Source: Calditrichia bacterium (GTDB lineage: Bacteria; Calditrichota; Calditrichia; RBG-13-44-9; J075). From it: DNA of 51,406 nucleotides. Shown here piece by piece: positions 16,272 to 26,613 of this stretch; position 1 is the first letter of the stretch; each line of letters begins with the position of its first letter. The notes beneath the pieces are model-generated. The model was not told the DNA's origin, searched no databases, and was given only the letters and a program-made list of their open reading frames with translations. The DNA lies in NCBI GenBank assembly GCA_050633245.1, contig JBOEGD010000023.1:1-51406 (forward strand). The letters run 5' to 3'. The position numbers and the translations under genes are program-made.

Positions 16272-19200
16272 CTATACTTTCCTCGACAACAATTCTGATG
16301 GTGCTATACCAAATTCTTTCCTGAAGCTTCTCGCAAAATACGACAAATTATTAAATCCCACTTCATAAGCAATCTCGGAAACCGTTCCGCTACGTTTTTC
16401 CAATAGCATTCGTGCCCGCTGTAGCCGCTGGCTGCGAATAAAATCTGTTGGTGTCTGTCCGGTAATTGCTCTAATTTTACGCTGCATTTGGCGCTTGCTC
16501 ATATTTAACGATTCCACAAGCACATCAGGGCCAAAGTTTTCACTTGTTATATTCACTTCAACAATGTCTACAAGCCGTCTCAGAAAGGTTTCTTCCATAG
16601 ACGTTACTGCAACAGCCTTCGGCTCCAGTATGCCCTCACGACGGTAGCGCTCTCGCAATTTACGCCGCTGTTCAATTAGATTGGCAACGCGGATTCGCAG
16701 CTCTTTCGCATTGAACGGCTTAACAAGATAGTCATCTGCTCCTGTTTCCAGGCCCGTAATCTTATCGGTCTCATCCGCTTTTGCTGTTAAGAGGATAACC
16801 GGAATATGACTTGTTTTATCATTAGTTTTTAGTTCTTCGCAGAGTTCATAACCATTCTTCACAGGCATCATAACATCACTAATAATGAGGTCCGGAATCT
16901 GCTCAATCGCCACCTGCATTCCCAAGCTACCGTTTTTTGCAATGATGACACTATAGTCATCGATCAGCTGTTTTCGAATATAGTTCATGACATCCGGTTG
17001 GTCTTCAACAATCAGCAGCAACGGCTGATCATTGTTTGAGGACACGACTTCATTTGACTCACTTGTATTAGCGCGTAGTTCATCCTCCAGCAGTGTTTTC
17101 TCGGAAATTGTTGCAGGAAGTTGATGACCATCTGCATCTTCGGCTTGTAAAATTTCGCTTTCGTTAAAATCTTCACGGCGGTAACAGAAGAGCGCTGTAA
17201 AACAACTTCCTTTACCAGACGCACTGTCGACGGAGATTGTTCCGCGATGAAGCGTCACCATTTCCCTGGTCAGCGACAAGCCAACACCACTGCCCTGTCC
17301 ACCGGCTTCACTGTGGAAACGCTCAAAGATCAATTCTTGCTTCTCAGGAGCAATTCCGCTCCCGGTATCGAGAACAGATAATTCTGCCTGGTGTCCTTGC
17401 GGTTTCATCACAACGCGAACCTTGCCACCAGCGTCTGTAAAACGAAAAGCATTAGACACCAAATTGACGAGGATCTTTTCAATAGTATCCGGATCAAAAT
17501 AGGCATTGGCAAACGCATCTTCCGGCGAGACCTGGAGTTCGAGGGTCACACGACGCTTTTCGGCTAATGAGGCAAAGGATAGAACAATTCCCTTGAGAAA
17601 CGCACCCAAATCTCCACGACGTACCTCGAGTTTTAAACGCCCCGATTCCAGACGAGACAAATCCAGCAATTGATTAATCAGCTGAAGCAAACGGCGCCCA
17701 TTACGCTGCATCAAACCAAGGCTATCACGCTCTTTTCCAGCGCCCATTACAGATAACATATCTTCCAATGGTCCCAGGATAAGCGTAAGTGGCGTGCGAA
17801 ATTCATGAGAGATATTGGTAAAAAAGCGAGATTTGTATTTGTCCATCTCTTGCAATTGCATCGCCTGAACTTCAATCTGCTCTTTTTGTTCCCTAAGTTC
17901 TATCGTGCGTTCACCAACGATTTGCTCGAGCTCGATGGTCTTTTGTTCTAATTGCCTGACGCGCAACTTCGAAAACCCGAACAGCAGAAGTATTCCTGCT
18001 AAGGCATAGACGGAATACGCCCACCATGTCCGATACCAGGGCGGTAAAATTAAGATGCTAAGAGTTGTTTCCGCGCTGAGGTCGTTATAGACATTTTTTG
18101 CCTGCACAACAAACTGATAGTCGCCCTCGGGCAGGTTTGTGTATTCCTTTAGGGCCAGGTTCTGCCATTCTGACCAAGAGTTCTCGAAGCCGACAAGTTT
18201 ATAGCGATACCGATTATCTTGAAAGCCATCCAGCCAGGGAAAAGCGTATTCAAAGCGAAGTTCATTTTGAGAAAATGGCATGGTAAGTTCAGACAGATTT
18301 TCGTCTGTATCTTTGGAAGAAGCGTCACTCCAAATTAGCGAGTCGCCATTGGCAAACACCTGCCTGAATCGAACAGATGGAATTTCATGCGCCAGATTTC
18401 TCTGGTTTGGGTCAAAGCGCAGCACACCATTTACGCCACCAAACCAACAGACGCCATCGGGCTGACTTAAGAAAGATGTCCAGCGTCTTCGAAACGGGGG
18501 AAGCCTATCGAACATCGTGTTGTCCCAAACCCAGTTTCCAGACTCATCCCGAGTTGCCATCGCTGTTGTTCCCGGACCTCCTGTAGACGTGTACGCCCAC
18601 AGATTACCGTTGGCATCTTCCTTCAATCGGCGAACCGCTAAAGCAGAATCGATTAAGAAGGTTCCAAGATTTCTGGCTACAACAAAACCATCGGTGGATT
18701 CATCAAATCGGCGCAATCCTTTCGGTGTTAAAAGCAAAAGTTTATCATCCAACGAACTGAGGAAAAACCGCTCCGGAATACCATCTTCTCTGCTGTAGCG
18801 TTGAATTTGATTGGGGAAACGCTCGCCGGGTTTGTTTTCAAGTTTCAAAACATCCTTGAATGCAGCTCCCAGCCACAAATTCCCCTGTTCATCTTCTACA
18901 ATATTATGAACAGCTTCATTTACGCCTTCAACCTTGCCTCCATCAATCCAACGACCATTTTTGTATTCCAACATGGCCAAACCGGTAATAAGCCCCACAT
19001 AAATTCTTTCGGGAAAAAATGAAGATTTATATAGTTCAAGTGAACGGCTCCAGTTCGAACGAATTCGCTGAGCTTTTCCTTGCCTCAGGTGATAAACTCC
19101 GGCGCCAGTTGCGACAAGTAATCCTTTTCGAGTTGAAAGGAGATCATACCCTGCCCCCTGTAGCCCTTCTACCGGCTCAAAACGATAGTCATGCGTTTCA

Positions 19201-20312
19201 AATGGCGACAAATAAATGCCCTTGCGATAGCGGACACCTGTTGCACCGGCAACATACATCGCGTCTTCATGCGTTAGAAGATCGAAAACATTTCCGTAAT
19301 CCTCAAGCTGACTCAAAAATGAAATAGGGCCATCAATTTGAATTCTGGACATCCCACGAAAGTGTGTTGTCCACAATCCTCCCTGACCATCTTCCAGTAT
19401 GTTTATGACGTTATTATAGCGTAAGCCGGTACTCTCATCAATAATCCGGAGTAAACGACCATCACTATTGAAAATCAGCAGCCCTCCCGTCAGGGTTCCG
19501 ACAGCAAGTCTGTTCTTGGAGATCTGCACCATTTGTCGGATACGATGTCTTTCTAACAACTCATCTGAGCTCGTTGTAAATTTGCTGCACTGTTTACCAT
19601 CAAACCTGTAAATGCCATTTTCAAGCGTAGCAATAAGTAAGGATTTGTTGTTACCTGAAAGAATGGCCGTTGCTGCCGGCAACAAGTCACCTGCTTCATC
19701 GCGCACCAGATGTAGAGAATCTCCCTTTAATACCTTTAGACCGGTCTTACCGTCGAGCACATAAAGCTGATCATCAATAACCGTTGAATAAAAAAAACTT
19801 CCATCAGCATTCCAGGAGGTTATCTTTTCATTCTGCCAGCGAAACAAGTAGCGGGTGGTTAGGAAGAATACGGCTTTGCTGGTAGCACGCGTGTACTTCA
19901 CTGCAGCAAAGAAGCGCTTGTTCTCAGGAAGGTGCTCCATCAGAGATTGATAATTGCGTTCACCATTCTCCTGCTGTTTCATATATCCGAGTTCGCTTAT
20001 GCTCCCGATATAGAGAGTATTGTTACTATCGAAGGCAATTGATCGCCCGGCAAACCCGGAAGCAAGAATTTTCCAACTTACACCATCAAATTCCATTACC
20101 CCATTATGATTGCCAACATAAACGTACGAATTTTGATCTTGGGCAAGGTTGTAGCAGCTCGGCTCAAACCCGAAATCAACAGGATTAATGTTCGTAATAA
20201 AAGGCTCTCCGGGAATACGAATATTCGCTGTAGCATTTTGCGCAGAAATAGACGTTGGAAGAATGGACAGCAAGATCCAGAGCCACAGAGGAAGATAAAG
20301 TTGTATTTTCAT
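16272..20312 (-). CDS. Hybrid two-component system: beta-propeller sensor, Y_Y_Y, TM, HisKA, HATPase, REC, AraC HTH
   Basis: 'YRYKLVGF...EYTNLPEGDY', 'PPWYRTWWAY', 'ISHEFRTPLTLI', 'GSGVGL', 'ISDVMMP', 'SEIAYEVGFNNLSYFARSFRKEFG'. Confidence 0.95.
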   Translation of the reverse strand: MKIQLYLPLWLWILLSILPTSISAQNATANIRIPGEPFITNINPVDFGFEPSCYNLAQDQNSYVYVGNHNGVMEFDGVSWKILASGFAGRSIAFDSNNTLYIGSISELGYMKQQENGERNYQSLMEHLPENKRFFAAVKYTRATSKAVFFLTTRYLFRWQNEKITSWNADGSFFYSTVIDDQLYVLDGKTGLKVLKGDSLHLVRDEAGDLLPAATAILSGNNKSLLIATLENGIYRFDGKQCSKFTTSSDELLERHRIRQMVQISKNRLAVGTLTGGLLIFNSDGRLLRIIDESTGLRYNNVINILEDGQGGLWTTHFRGMSRIQIDGPISFLSQLEDYGNVFDLLTHEDAMYVAGATGVRYRKGIYLSPFETHDYRFEPVEGLQGAGYDLLSTRKGLLVATGAGVYHLRQGKAQRIRSNWSRSLELYKSSFFPERIYVGLITGLAMLEYKNGRWIDGGKVEGVNEAVHNIVEDEQGNLWLGAAFKDVLKLENKPGERFPNQIQRYSREDGIPERFFLSSLDDKLLLLTPKGLRRFDESTDGFVVARNLGTFLIDSALAVRRLKEDANGNLWAYTSTGGPGTTAMATRDESGNWVWDNTMFDRLPPFRRRWTSFLSQPDGVCWFGGVNGVLRFDPNQRNLAHEIPSVRFRQVFANGDSLIWSDASSKDTDENLSELTMPFSQNELRFEYAFPWLDGFQDNRYRYKLVGFENSWSEWQNLALKEYTNLPEGDYQFVVQAKNVYNDLSAETTLSILILPPWYRTWWAYSVYALAGILLLFGFSKLRVRQLEQKTIELEQIVGERTIELREQKEQIEVQAMQLQEMDKYKSRFFTNISHEFRTPLTLILGPLEDMLSVMGAGKERDSLGLMQRNGRRLLQLINQLLDLSRLESGRLKLEVRRGDLGAFLKGIVLSFASLAEKRRVTLELQVSPEDAFANAYFDPDTIEKILVNLVSNAFRFTDAGGKVRVVMKPQGHQAELSVLDTGSGIAPEKQELIFERFHSEAGGQGSGVGLSLTREMVTLHRGTISVDSASGKGSCFTALFCYRREDFNESEILQAEDADGHQLPATISEKTLLEDELRANTSESNEVVSSNNDQPLLLIVEDQPDVMNYIRKQLIDDYSVIIAKNGSLGMQVAIEQIPDLIISDVMMPVKNGYELCEELKTNDKTSHIPVILLTAKADETDKITGLETGADDYLVKPFNAKELRIRVANLIEQRRKLRERYRREGILEPKAVAVTSMEETFLRRLVDIVEVNITSENFGPDVLVESLNMSKRQMQRKIRAITGQTPTDFIRSQRLQRARMLLEKRSGTVSEIAYEVGFNNLSYFARSFRKEFGIAPSELLSRKV

Positions 20313-20421
20313 ATTCAATAAGAGTGATTAGTTGCTTGATTCTACTCAAAAAATATACCATCAACAATACAAATTGCGCATCGACGCCCATCACTTCCTT
20401 GTTTTTAGCTTGTAATCTGAC

Positions 20422-20450
20422 TTGACTGAAACGAGGCAATTTTGTAAGAT
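20422..20450 (+). promoter_or_regulatory. Putative sigma70 promoter
   Basis: TTGACT-N17-TAAGAT. Confidence 0.5.
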
Positions 20451-20471
20451 TTCACATGGCCCTGCCATCAG

Positions 20472-20487
20472 AGGCATATTATTTGCT
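20472..20487 (+). promoter_or_regulatory. Putative sigma54 promoter of the lipoprotein gene
   Basis: AGGCATATTATTTGCT, GG-N10-GC with TTGC. Confidence 0.5.
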
Positions 20488-20537
20488 CTAAATTTAGCAT
20501 CGTCCACAATTATTGCTATGACTATTTGGAGGCAACT

Positions 20538-20948
20538 ATGTTAGCGAAAAAAATTCTCAACCTTAGTCTTTTGACGTTCTTCTTAGTTCTGAGCGGTTGT
20601 TACACCACCTGGGAAGATGGTGAGGAGCAACCACGCACGCGACAGCCACAACAAGAACAACCAAATGAAAGTGCCGTTTATATTGTAAACACATCTGCTG
20701 CCGGCATTACTATAAATTTGAGTGAAGATGGAGACAAGTGGCGTGAATTTCGCTTGGAATCCGACAAATCTATTTATGTGCAGCCGAATGCACGTGGAGA
20801 ATTGTACATGCGGATATATAATAATCGCGATGGCAGTCGCAACAGAGTCATTAAGACAGCAACGCTCGATGCCAATGGTAGATATGGCGTATATTACGAT
20901 GATAAGCGCAAGCTGTTTGACATTGGGAAAATGCGTTCAAGAATCTGA
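20538..20948 (+). CDS. Hypothetical lipoprotein
   Basis: ATG 20538 after GGAGG; lipobox LSGC; Q/P linker followed by a small beta-rich domain. Confidence 0.85.
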   Translation: MLAKKILNLSLLTFFLVLSGCYTTWEDGEEQPRTRQPQQEQPNESAVYIVNTSAAGITINLSEDGDKWREFRLESDKSIYVQPNARGELYMRIYNNRDGSRNRVIKTATLDANGRYGVYYDDKRKLFDIGKMRSRI

Positions 20949-21081
20949 GCATTCCAAACACAATGCCAAATCCGATAACGGGGATAGGTATTTAGTTTCT
21001 AAGATTGGACTGACGGTCGTATAAAAAATTGTCTATATTTTGAAATCCGGCATGGGTGATTAAGGTACTTTCGTCACATAG

Positions 21082-21097
21082 CGGCATTATATTTGCT
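21082..21097 (+). promoter_or_regulatory. Putative sigma54 promoter of the LVIVD gene
   Basis: CGGCATTATATTTGCT, GG-N10-GC with TTGC; near-identical to 20472-20487. Confidence 0.5.
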
Positions 21098-21208
21098 ATA
21101 ATTTTTAATGGGTGCGGCTACGATATTGGGATAAGCCGTGCACACAGAAGTACCCCACATCACCGTAAATACGCCCCTGCGTAACGTTCTGACACATTGG
21201 AGTAATTT

Positions 21209-23347
21209 ATGAAAGCCTGGATTTCGCTACGGTCATGCCTAATCGCATGTCTGCTTATCGTCTCAAACGTGGCAATATTTGCACAAATTTCCGGAGACGT
21301 CTCGTTGACTGGACGCGTCTCGGAAGGCCCCTCGCGTATTATTGAAACGAAAGGTGCACTATTGTTTCACGGAGATGGCAGCGATTTTGTCATCAGACAT
21401 TCCGTCAGCAACGAAGAAATTGGTCGTATCAGACTCAAGGCTGCACCGCAGGATATTGTTCTGAAAGACAACTTTGCCTACTTAGCCTGTGGCAAGGATG
21501 GATTTGCAGTTATCGATTTAGCAAATCTGAACTCACCTGAATTATCCGCATCCTTCCAGGCAGAGCATCCCATAGATCATATTGCAATTATGGGCGAACA
21601 TGCCTATCTATCCACTGGTCAGGACGGCATTATTATACTTAGCCTGGTCGAACCAAATGAAGTTTTTGCGGTAGGACGAATTCCTGCGGTTGATTTTACG
21701 GGAGACGTTATCGCGGAAAATGGTATGTTGTTTTTTAGTGACGGTTTCGGCCGCATCCGCATTATTGATGCCTCTTTACCGGATACGCCAAGCGAATTAA
21801 GTAGTGATTACTTTAATACACGTCCTTCTCTTCTCGCGCTTCAAGATCATATGCTTTATGCGGTCGACCGCTTTAATGTAAGCGTTATTGATGTTGCTAA
21901 TCCACAGGCACCTTCCATGCAAATACGCACTCTTCATGGTGCCGATGCATTGGCATTAGCTCAAGATGAACACACACTGTACGTCTCCGGCGAAGATGCC
22001 GAGCTACACGTAATCGATGTATCCGACCCGATTTCTCCAACAACGAAAGAAGTTGTGACGCTTCAGGATGACGCTGCCGCGCTCCATGCCAACGGCAAGT
22101 TTCTGTTTACCGCATTAATGAATAAAGATATACAATCTTTTGATACACAACTGCCCGCTATCTCTGATGAATACCAACTGTTCAAAACCGGCGGCTTCGC
22201 CAGTGATCTTAAAATTTTTGATAATAAGCTAGTTCTTACCGGCGCGCGAACGAGAATGTTCGATATTTCCTATCCAGCTGACCCAAAGGAAATTGGAAAA
22301 AATGAGGTTGCCAGCAGAGTAAATGCCATTTCAGAAAGCGGAAACCATCTTTTTGTAGCAGACGATCGGGATAGCCTGCGCGTTTACGACATTAACAGTC
22401 CAAACGATCCGGCTTATGTTGGTCACTACGACGGTCCGGGACAGGTTATAAAGGCTACTGTAAATAATCATATCTTGTTTTTAGCACGTCCTTATGTAAT
22501 CCGATTGATAGATGTTCACAACCCGGTAACGCCATTGGAGGTTTCAACCTACTTCACCGGCGTGCCATTTGCTCTCACTGCAATTGGTGTTCATGAGCAG
22601 AAAATGTTTTTGGGATTTAGCAATGGTGATATTCGCGTGGTAGACATAAGTAGCCCCACTCAACCGCAGGATCGCGGACGCTACCGTGACTTTGGCAGTG
22701 AGCCGGTCGCCTTCGCTTTCGCTAATGACTTCGTATATGCCGCTTTTTTGGAAAGAGGACTTACCATTTTTCGCGAAGGGTTTGGCCCTATCCCATGGGC
22801 AAATATTCCCTCACAAGACAAGACGCGTGGCGTTGCCGTGAACGGCGATCTTGTTTACATTGCCGATGGTGATGCAGGACTACGCATTATGGAAGTGAAA
22901 AGCCCCGAACAAATTCGCCAGGTTGCTGGTTTTACCACGGGTAATTCTACCTCACGAGTTGCAGTAAGTGGCGATCGAGCTTTTCTTGCCGACGACCTGT
23001 CTGGCATTTATCTTCTACAGACGGACTTTTCTTTATCCGCCCAGGTAAATCTGACGAAGTCTGCAGCAACAACACTGGAACTACAGCAAAACTATCCGAA
23101 TCCGTTCAATCCTGAAACAACGATTCGCTTTCGCCTGGCTGGACAGCATCAACTGACTGCCACCATTTATAACATTTTGGGGCAAACGGTTCGTCAACTG
23201 GCTAACGGCACATTTGATGCCGGTGACTATCAGATTCGCTGGAATGGCCGTGATGAAATCGGGGCTCAGGTTGGAAGTGGCGTTTATTTCCTGAGAATTC
23301 AGAGTGGAACGCAGGTATATACACAACGATTGATGCTGCTAAAGTAA
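21209..23347 (+). CDS. Secreted LVIVD-repeat beta-propeller protein with C-terminal FlgD-Ig/T9SS-like domain
   Basis: Repeats such as 'AYLACGKDGFAVIDL' and 'VYIADGDAGLRIMEV'; 'QNYPNPFNPETTIRF...WNGRD...SGVYF...LMLLK'. Confidence 0.9.
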   Translation: MKAWISLRSCLIACLLIVSNVAIFAQISGDVSLTGRVSEGPSRIIETKGALLFHGDGSDFVIRHSVSNEEIGRIRLKAAPQDIVLKDNFAYLACGKDGFAVIDLANLNSPELSASFQAEHPIDHIAIMGEHAYLSTGQDGIIILSLVEPNEVFAVGRIPAVDFTGDVIAENGMLFFSDGFGRIRIIDASLPDTPSELSSDYFNTRPSLLALQDHMLYAVDRFNVSVIDVANPQAPSMQIRTLHGADALALAQDEHTLYVSGEDAELHVIDVSDPISPTTKEVVTLQDDAAALHANGKFLFTALMNKDIQSFDTQLPAISDEYQLFKTGGFASDLKIFDNKLVLTGARTRMFDISYPADPKEIGKNEVASRVNAISESGNHLFVADDRDSLRVYDINSPNDPAYVGHYDGPGQVIKATVNNHILFLARPYVIRLIDVHNPVTPLEVSTYFTGVPFALTAIGVHEQKMFLGFSNGDIRVVDISSPTQPQDRGRYRDFGSEPVAFAFANDFVYAAFLERGLTIFREGFGPIPWANIPSQDKTRGVAVNGDLVYIADGDAGLRIMEVKSPEQIRQVAGFTTGNSTSRVAVSGDRAFLADDLSGIYLLQTDFSLSAQVNLTKSAATTLELQQNYPNPFNPETTIRFRLAGQHQLTATIYNILGQTVRQLANGTFDAGDYQIRWNGRDEIGAQVGSGVYFLRIQSGTQVYTQRLMLLK

Positions 23348-23392
23348 ATACTCATCGTTGTTTTTTCCTGAACACATTTGCGGTGCATTCTC

Positions 23393-23421
23393 TTGCACTA
23401 AAAAGCACGGTAGCCTATATT
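23393..23421 (+). promoter_or_regulatory. Putative sigma70 promoter
   Basis: TTGCAC-N17-TATATT upstream of the 23465 gene. Confidence 0.5.
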
Positions 23422-23464
23422 CCAGCGGTGAAATAATTCACCAAATGATATACCGGAGATATTT

Positions 23465-23962
23465 TTGCTGCTGATTGCCCCACTGGAATCTCAACTCACC
23501 GCTATAATTCTACTCCCGCTTTTTTTTATCGGAATTGAATCGGCTAAAGTTGCTCTTGAAAACCTGACCGCTCAACAAATCACAAGTCTGCTGATAGAGA
23601 ATCGTTCTTTTGCCGGAACAATATCCTGGCTTGAAAACAGACAAAAACAGTCCATTATTATTTGCAATACCATCCTCCTGACTTTTTCAACACTACTTGC
23701 CATTATCTTGTTCACGTTATTACAACCTCTGCTTACAACTATTTCTACAGGAATCGCTATTGCAATCGCCTTTCTGTTGCTACTGTTATTTGCTATTTAT
23801 GCAATGAAGCAGCTTGGCATGTCCTTAGGTCTAACCTACCCTATTTTCTCAATTCAGTTTATGGCGATTACCATAAAACTGTTTTACCTGCTTCTATATC
23901 CTGCGATTATCATTCATAATTCATTCGCTAATTTGTTTGGTAGATCTGGACAAAAAGGCTAA
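23465..23962 (+). CDS. Stand-alone, divergent DUF21/CNNM transmembrane domain protein (no CBS pair)
   Basis: 'LFFIGIESAKVAL' resembles FFSxxExA; 'SIIICNTI' resembles TILIGNN; 'KLFYLLLYP'; TTG start after GGAGA. Confidence 0.6.
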   Translation: MLLIAPLESQLTAIILLPLFFIGIESAKVALENLTAQQITSLLIENRSFAGTISWLENRQKQSIIICNTILLTFSTLLAIILFTLLQPLLTTISTGIAIAIAFLLLLLFAIYAMKQLGMSLGLTYPIFSIQFMAITIKLFYLLLYPAIIIHNSFANLFGRSGQKG

Positions 23963-25290
23963 ATTTCCCAAATATTTGCCCCCAAACCGTTAAGCCTGCT
24001 TCCAAGATTTTCATAGCCACGAAGAATAGGATAGTGATTTCGCAAGACCGATCTCCCCTTGGCAGCAAGCATCGCGATAAGTACAATTGCTGCCGGACGT
24101 AATGCAGGCGGCGCAACGAGATCACAGGCGAATAGTTCTGTAGGCCCATCAATAAATGCCCGGTGTTGATCTTCCAGAACAACATTAGCCCCCATCTTCT
24201 TCAATAGTAGGTAGTAATTAGCGCGGCCCTCATACATCCAGTCGTGAATGAGAGTTTTTCCGCTTGAGGCAGCAGCTATTGGTGCAAAAAACGGCAAATT
24301 GTCTGCATTAATTCCCGGATAAGGCAGCGCATGTAGCTTGTCTTTAAGTGAACGAAGCGTTGATGGGAACGTCGTAATATCGACAAGCACAGTATGTCCA
24401 TTACTCGCATAGTAGCGTGATGACAAGTTGAATTTAAAACCCATCTGACGCAATTTATACAATTCCAATTCAAGAAAATCGATTGGACAGCGCTTAATAA
24501 TAATGCTTGAGCGCGTTACAATGGCTGTGGAGATAAAAAACATCGACTCAATCGGGTCTTCAGCCAAATGATATTCAACCGGTAAATTAATTTCTGCGCA
24601 TCCCTTTACCGTTAGTGTAGACGTACCAATGCCATCGACCTGCACACCCAGTTTTTGCAAAAACAGGCATGTTTCCTGTACCTGATAATTTGCCGAAGCT
24701 TTGCGAATAACGGTCGTTCCATCTATCGTTGCAGCAGCAAGTAAGACATTTTCGACGGCAACATCGCTGGCTTCATTCATAATCAGATCTGCCACATGAC
24801 GATGCTCTCCACAGATCACCAGCTGTCCCTTTTCAACATGTACGCCTATCCCCAACTCTGAAAATGCCAGAAGATGTGGTGAAAGAGTTCTTTCGCCAAG
24901 CTTGCATCCGCCTGGAAAAGGAATCGTGTAGTGCCCGTTACGCCAACTCAACGCCCCCATCAATAACATGGAACTGCGCGTCTTCAGAGCGGCCTGGCGA
25001 TCGATATTGGTAAGCTGCAGCTCTGCGGGAGGAGAAATATATAGATCGCGCTGCTTCCAGCTAACTTGAACTCCAAGACTTCGCATAACTTCAATTAACC
25101 GAAAAACCTCTTCGATACGTGGAACATTCCGCAGTATTGTAGAATTTCGATTGATCAGACTAGCCATTAATAAACTTACAGCAGAATTTTTTGCAGTATT
25201 TGTAGTAATGACACCGGATAATTCTCGCCCACCTTCAATAACAAAACAATTCTTCTCATTAGAAGTCTTCGCTCTCGATACGTCTGCCAT
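23959..25290 (-). CDS. murA: UDP-N-acetylglucosamine 1-carboxyvinyltransferase, divergent clade
   Basis: 'IEGGRELSG', 'AKNS', 'PGGCKLGER', 'YPGINADN', 'RGYE'; start uncertain (25290, 25335 or 25353). Confidence 0.9.
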   Translation of the reverse strand: MADVSRAKTSNEKNCFVIEGGRELSGVITTNTAKNSAVSLLMASLINRNSTILRNVPRIEEVFRLIEVMRSLGVQVSWKQRDLYISPPAELQLTNIDRQAALKTRSSMLLMGALSWRNGHYTIPFPGGCKLGERTLSPHLLAFSELGIGVHVEKGQLVICGEHRHVADLIMNEASDVAVENVLLAAATIDGTTVIRKASANYQVQETCLFLQKLGVQVDGIGTSTLTVKGCAEINLPVEYHLAEDPIESMFFISTAIVTRSSIIIKRCPIDFLELELYKLRQMGFKFNLSSRYYASNGHTVLVDITTFPSTLRSLKDKLHALPYPGINADNLPFFAPIAAASSGKTLIHDWMYEGRANYYLLLKKMGANVVLEDQHRAFIDGPTELFACDLVAPPALRPAAIVLIAMLAAKGRSVLRNHYPILRGYENLGSRLNGLGANIWEI

Positions 25291-25473
25291 ATAGATTGGC
25301 TCTATCGAGGCACATGTTAAACCTTTTGAACTCATTCGCTTTTCAATATCCAAGTGTGAGACACTTTCATTTTGAAATTGTACGGCAGTTTTTTAAAATT
25401 GAACGAGTCAAGGTAAGTCAGAGGAAAGAAAGAAAAAAGCACAAAAGTATCAATTTAAAACAAAATAGTACAA

Positions 25474-26613
25474 TCAAAGTTCAAAATATGCCTCATATTC
25501 CTGTTTTGTAAAACCAACCAGTTCGGGTTCATTCGGCACCTTTAGCTCGAACTGTCGGAAAATTTGTTGCCGCACGTGTTTAAAAAGCCTCATAATATCA
25601 TCTGATGCAGCGGAGCCGGAGTTGAGTATCACCAAAGGTTGCGTCGGGTTGATGTAGGCACCTCCAATGCGCGTATTTTTCAAACCCAGTGCGTCCATTA
25701 ACAATGCAGTTGGAATAAATCGTTTTAAGCCAGTCCTCGTCTTTTGCAATGTCTCTAGACGCATTGAATAATCCGTACCATAAGAATCGTATAAGATCCG
25801 TAAAACACGTTCAAACTCGGAAGAACTCACCTGAAGATTTTTAAAAAAAGAACCGGCGTTGCCGCCCTTTGCTGTGGCAGGAAAAGGAAACTTACTATTG
25901 CGAATTGCGATAATAGCCTGCCGAACCTGTTCCTGTGTGGGATTTGAATTGAACCTGTTGTGAAAATAGGTTGTCAAATCGCGATATCCCAGCTGTGGTT
26001 TTCCATTCTTTTCCAAACTCAAATAAACTTGCAGAATAATGAAACGGCCCTTCTTATCGGTATTAAAAATGCTTTTACGATAAGAGAAGCCACACTCCTC
26101 ATGCTTAAGCTGTAGATGTTCTCCGGTTGAGCGATCGAAAACATCGACGCTCGCGACAGCATTGCTTATTTCGCTTCCATATGCACCAATATTCTGGATA
26201 ACAGCAGCTCCTACCATACCGGGAATGTGAGACAGGTTTTCCAATCCCCACCAACCATTACTCACGCAATGCTGCACAAAGGCATCCCAATTTTCACCCG
26301 CTCTTACTGCCAGGGTAACGCGTTCAGCGGTTTCATTTTGCACTGTTATTCCCTGCGACTGTAGCTGCATTATCACACCAGAATAGCCACGATCGCTTAT
26401 TAAGACATTGCTGCCTCCACTTAACAGAAATAATGGCAGCCCGAGATCTTTAGCGGTGTTGACAATACCCGGAATGCAGGATGAATCGCGAACAGCCACG
26501 AAATAGTCGGCGCATCCTCCAACATGGAAGGTTGTCCAGGGGGCGAGTGGTTCGTCCCTGATCCATTTCAGGTCTTCTTTATCAAAACCTTTTCGTTGCT
26601 GCGGGTATTTCAT
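25474..26613 (-). CDS. murB: UDP-N-acetylmuramate dehydrogenase
   Basis: 'TTFHVGG', 'GGSNVL', 'GLENLSHIPGMVGAAVIQNIGAYG', 'YRKSIF', 'NAGSFFKN', 'NEP'. Confidence 0.93.
   Translation of the reverse strand: MKYPQQRKGFDKEDLKWIRDEPLAPWTTFHVGGCADYFVAVRDSSCIPGIVNTAKDLGLPLFLLSGGSNVLISDRGYSGVIMQLQSQGITVQNETAERVTLAVRAGENWDAFVQHCVSNGWWGLENLSHIPGMVGAAVIQNIGAYGSEISNAVASVDVFDRSTGEHLQLKHEECGFSYRKSIFNTDKKGRFIILQVYLSLEKNGKPQLGYRDLTTYFHNRFNSNPTQEQVRQAIIAIRNSKFPFPATAKGGNAGSFFKNLQVSSSEFERVLRILYDSYGTDYSMRLETLQKTRTGLKRFIPTALLMDALGLKNTRIGGAYINPTQPLVILNSGSAASDDIMRLFKHVRQQIFRQFELKVPNEPELVGFTKQEYEAYFEL

Noticed and set aside
25291-25473. Remnant N-terminal HTH of MurA
   Set aside because: Upstream sequence is AT-rich and low-complexity, and I see no HTH-like pattern.
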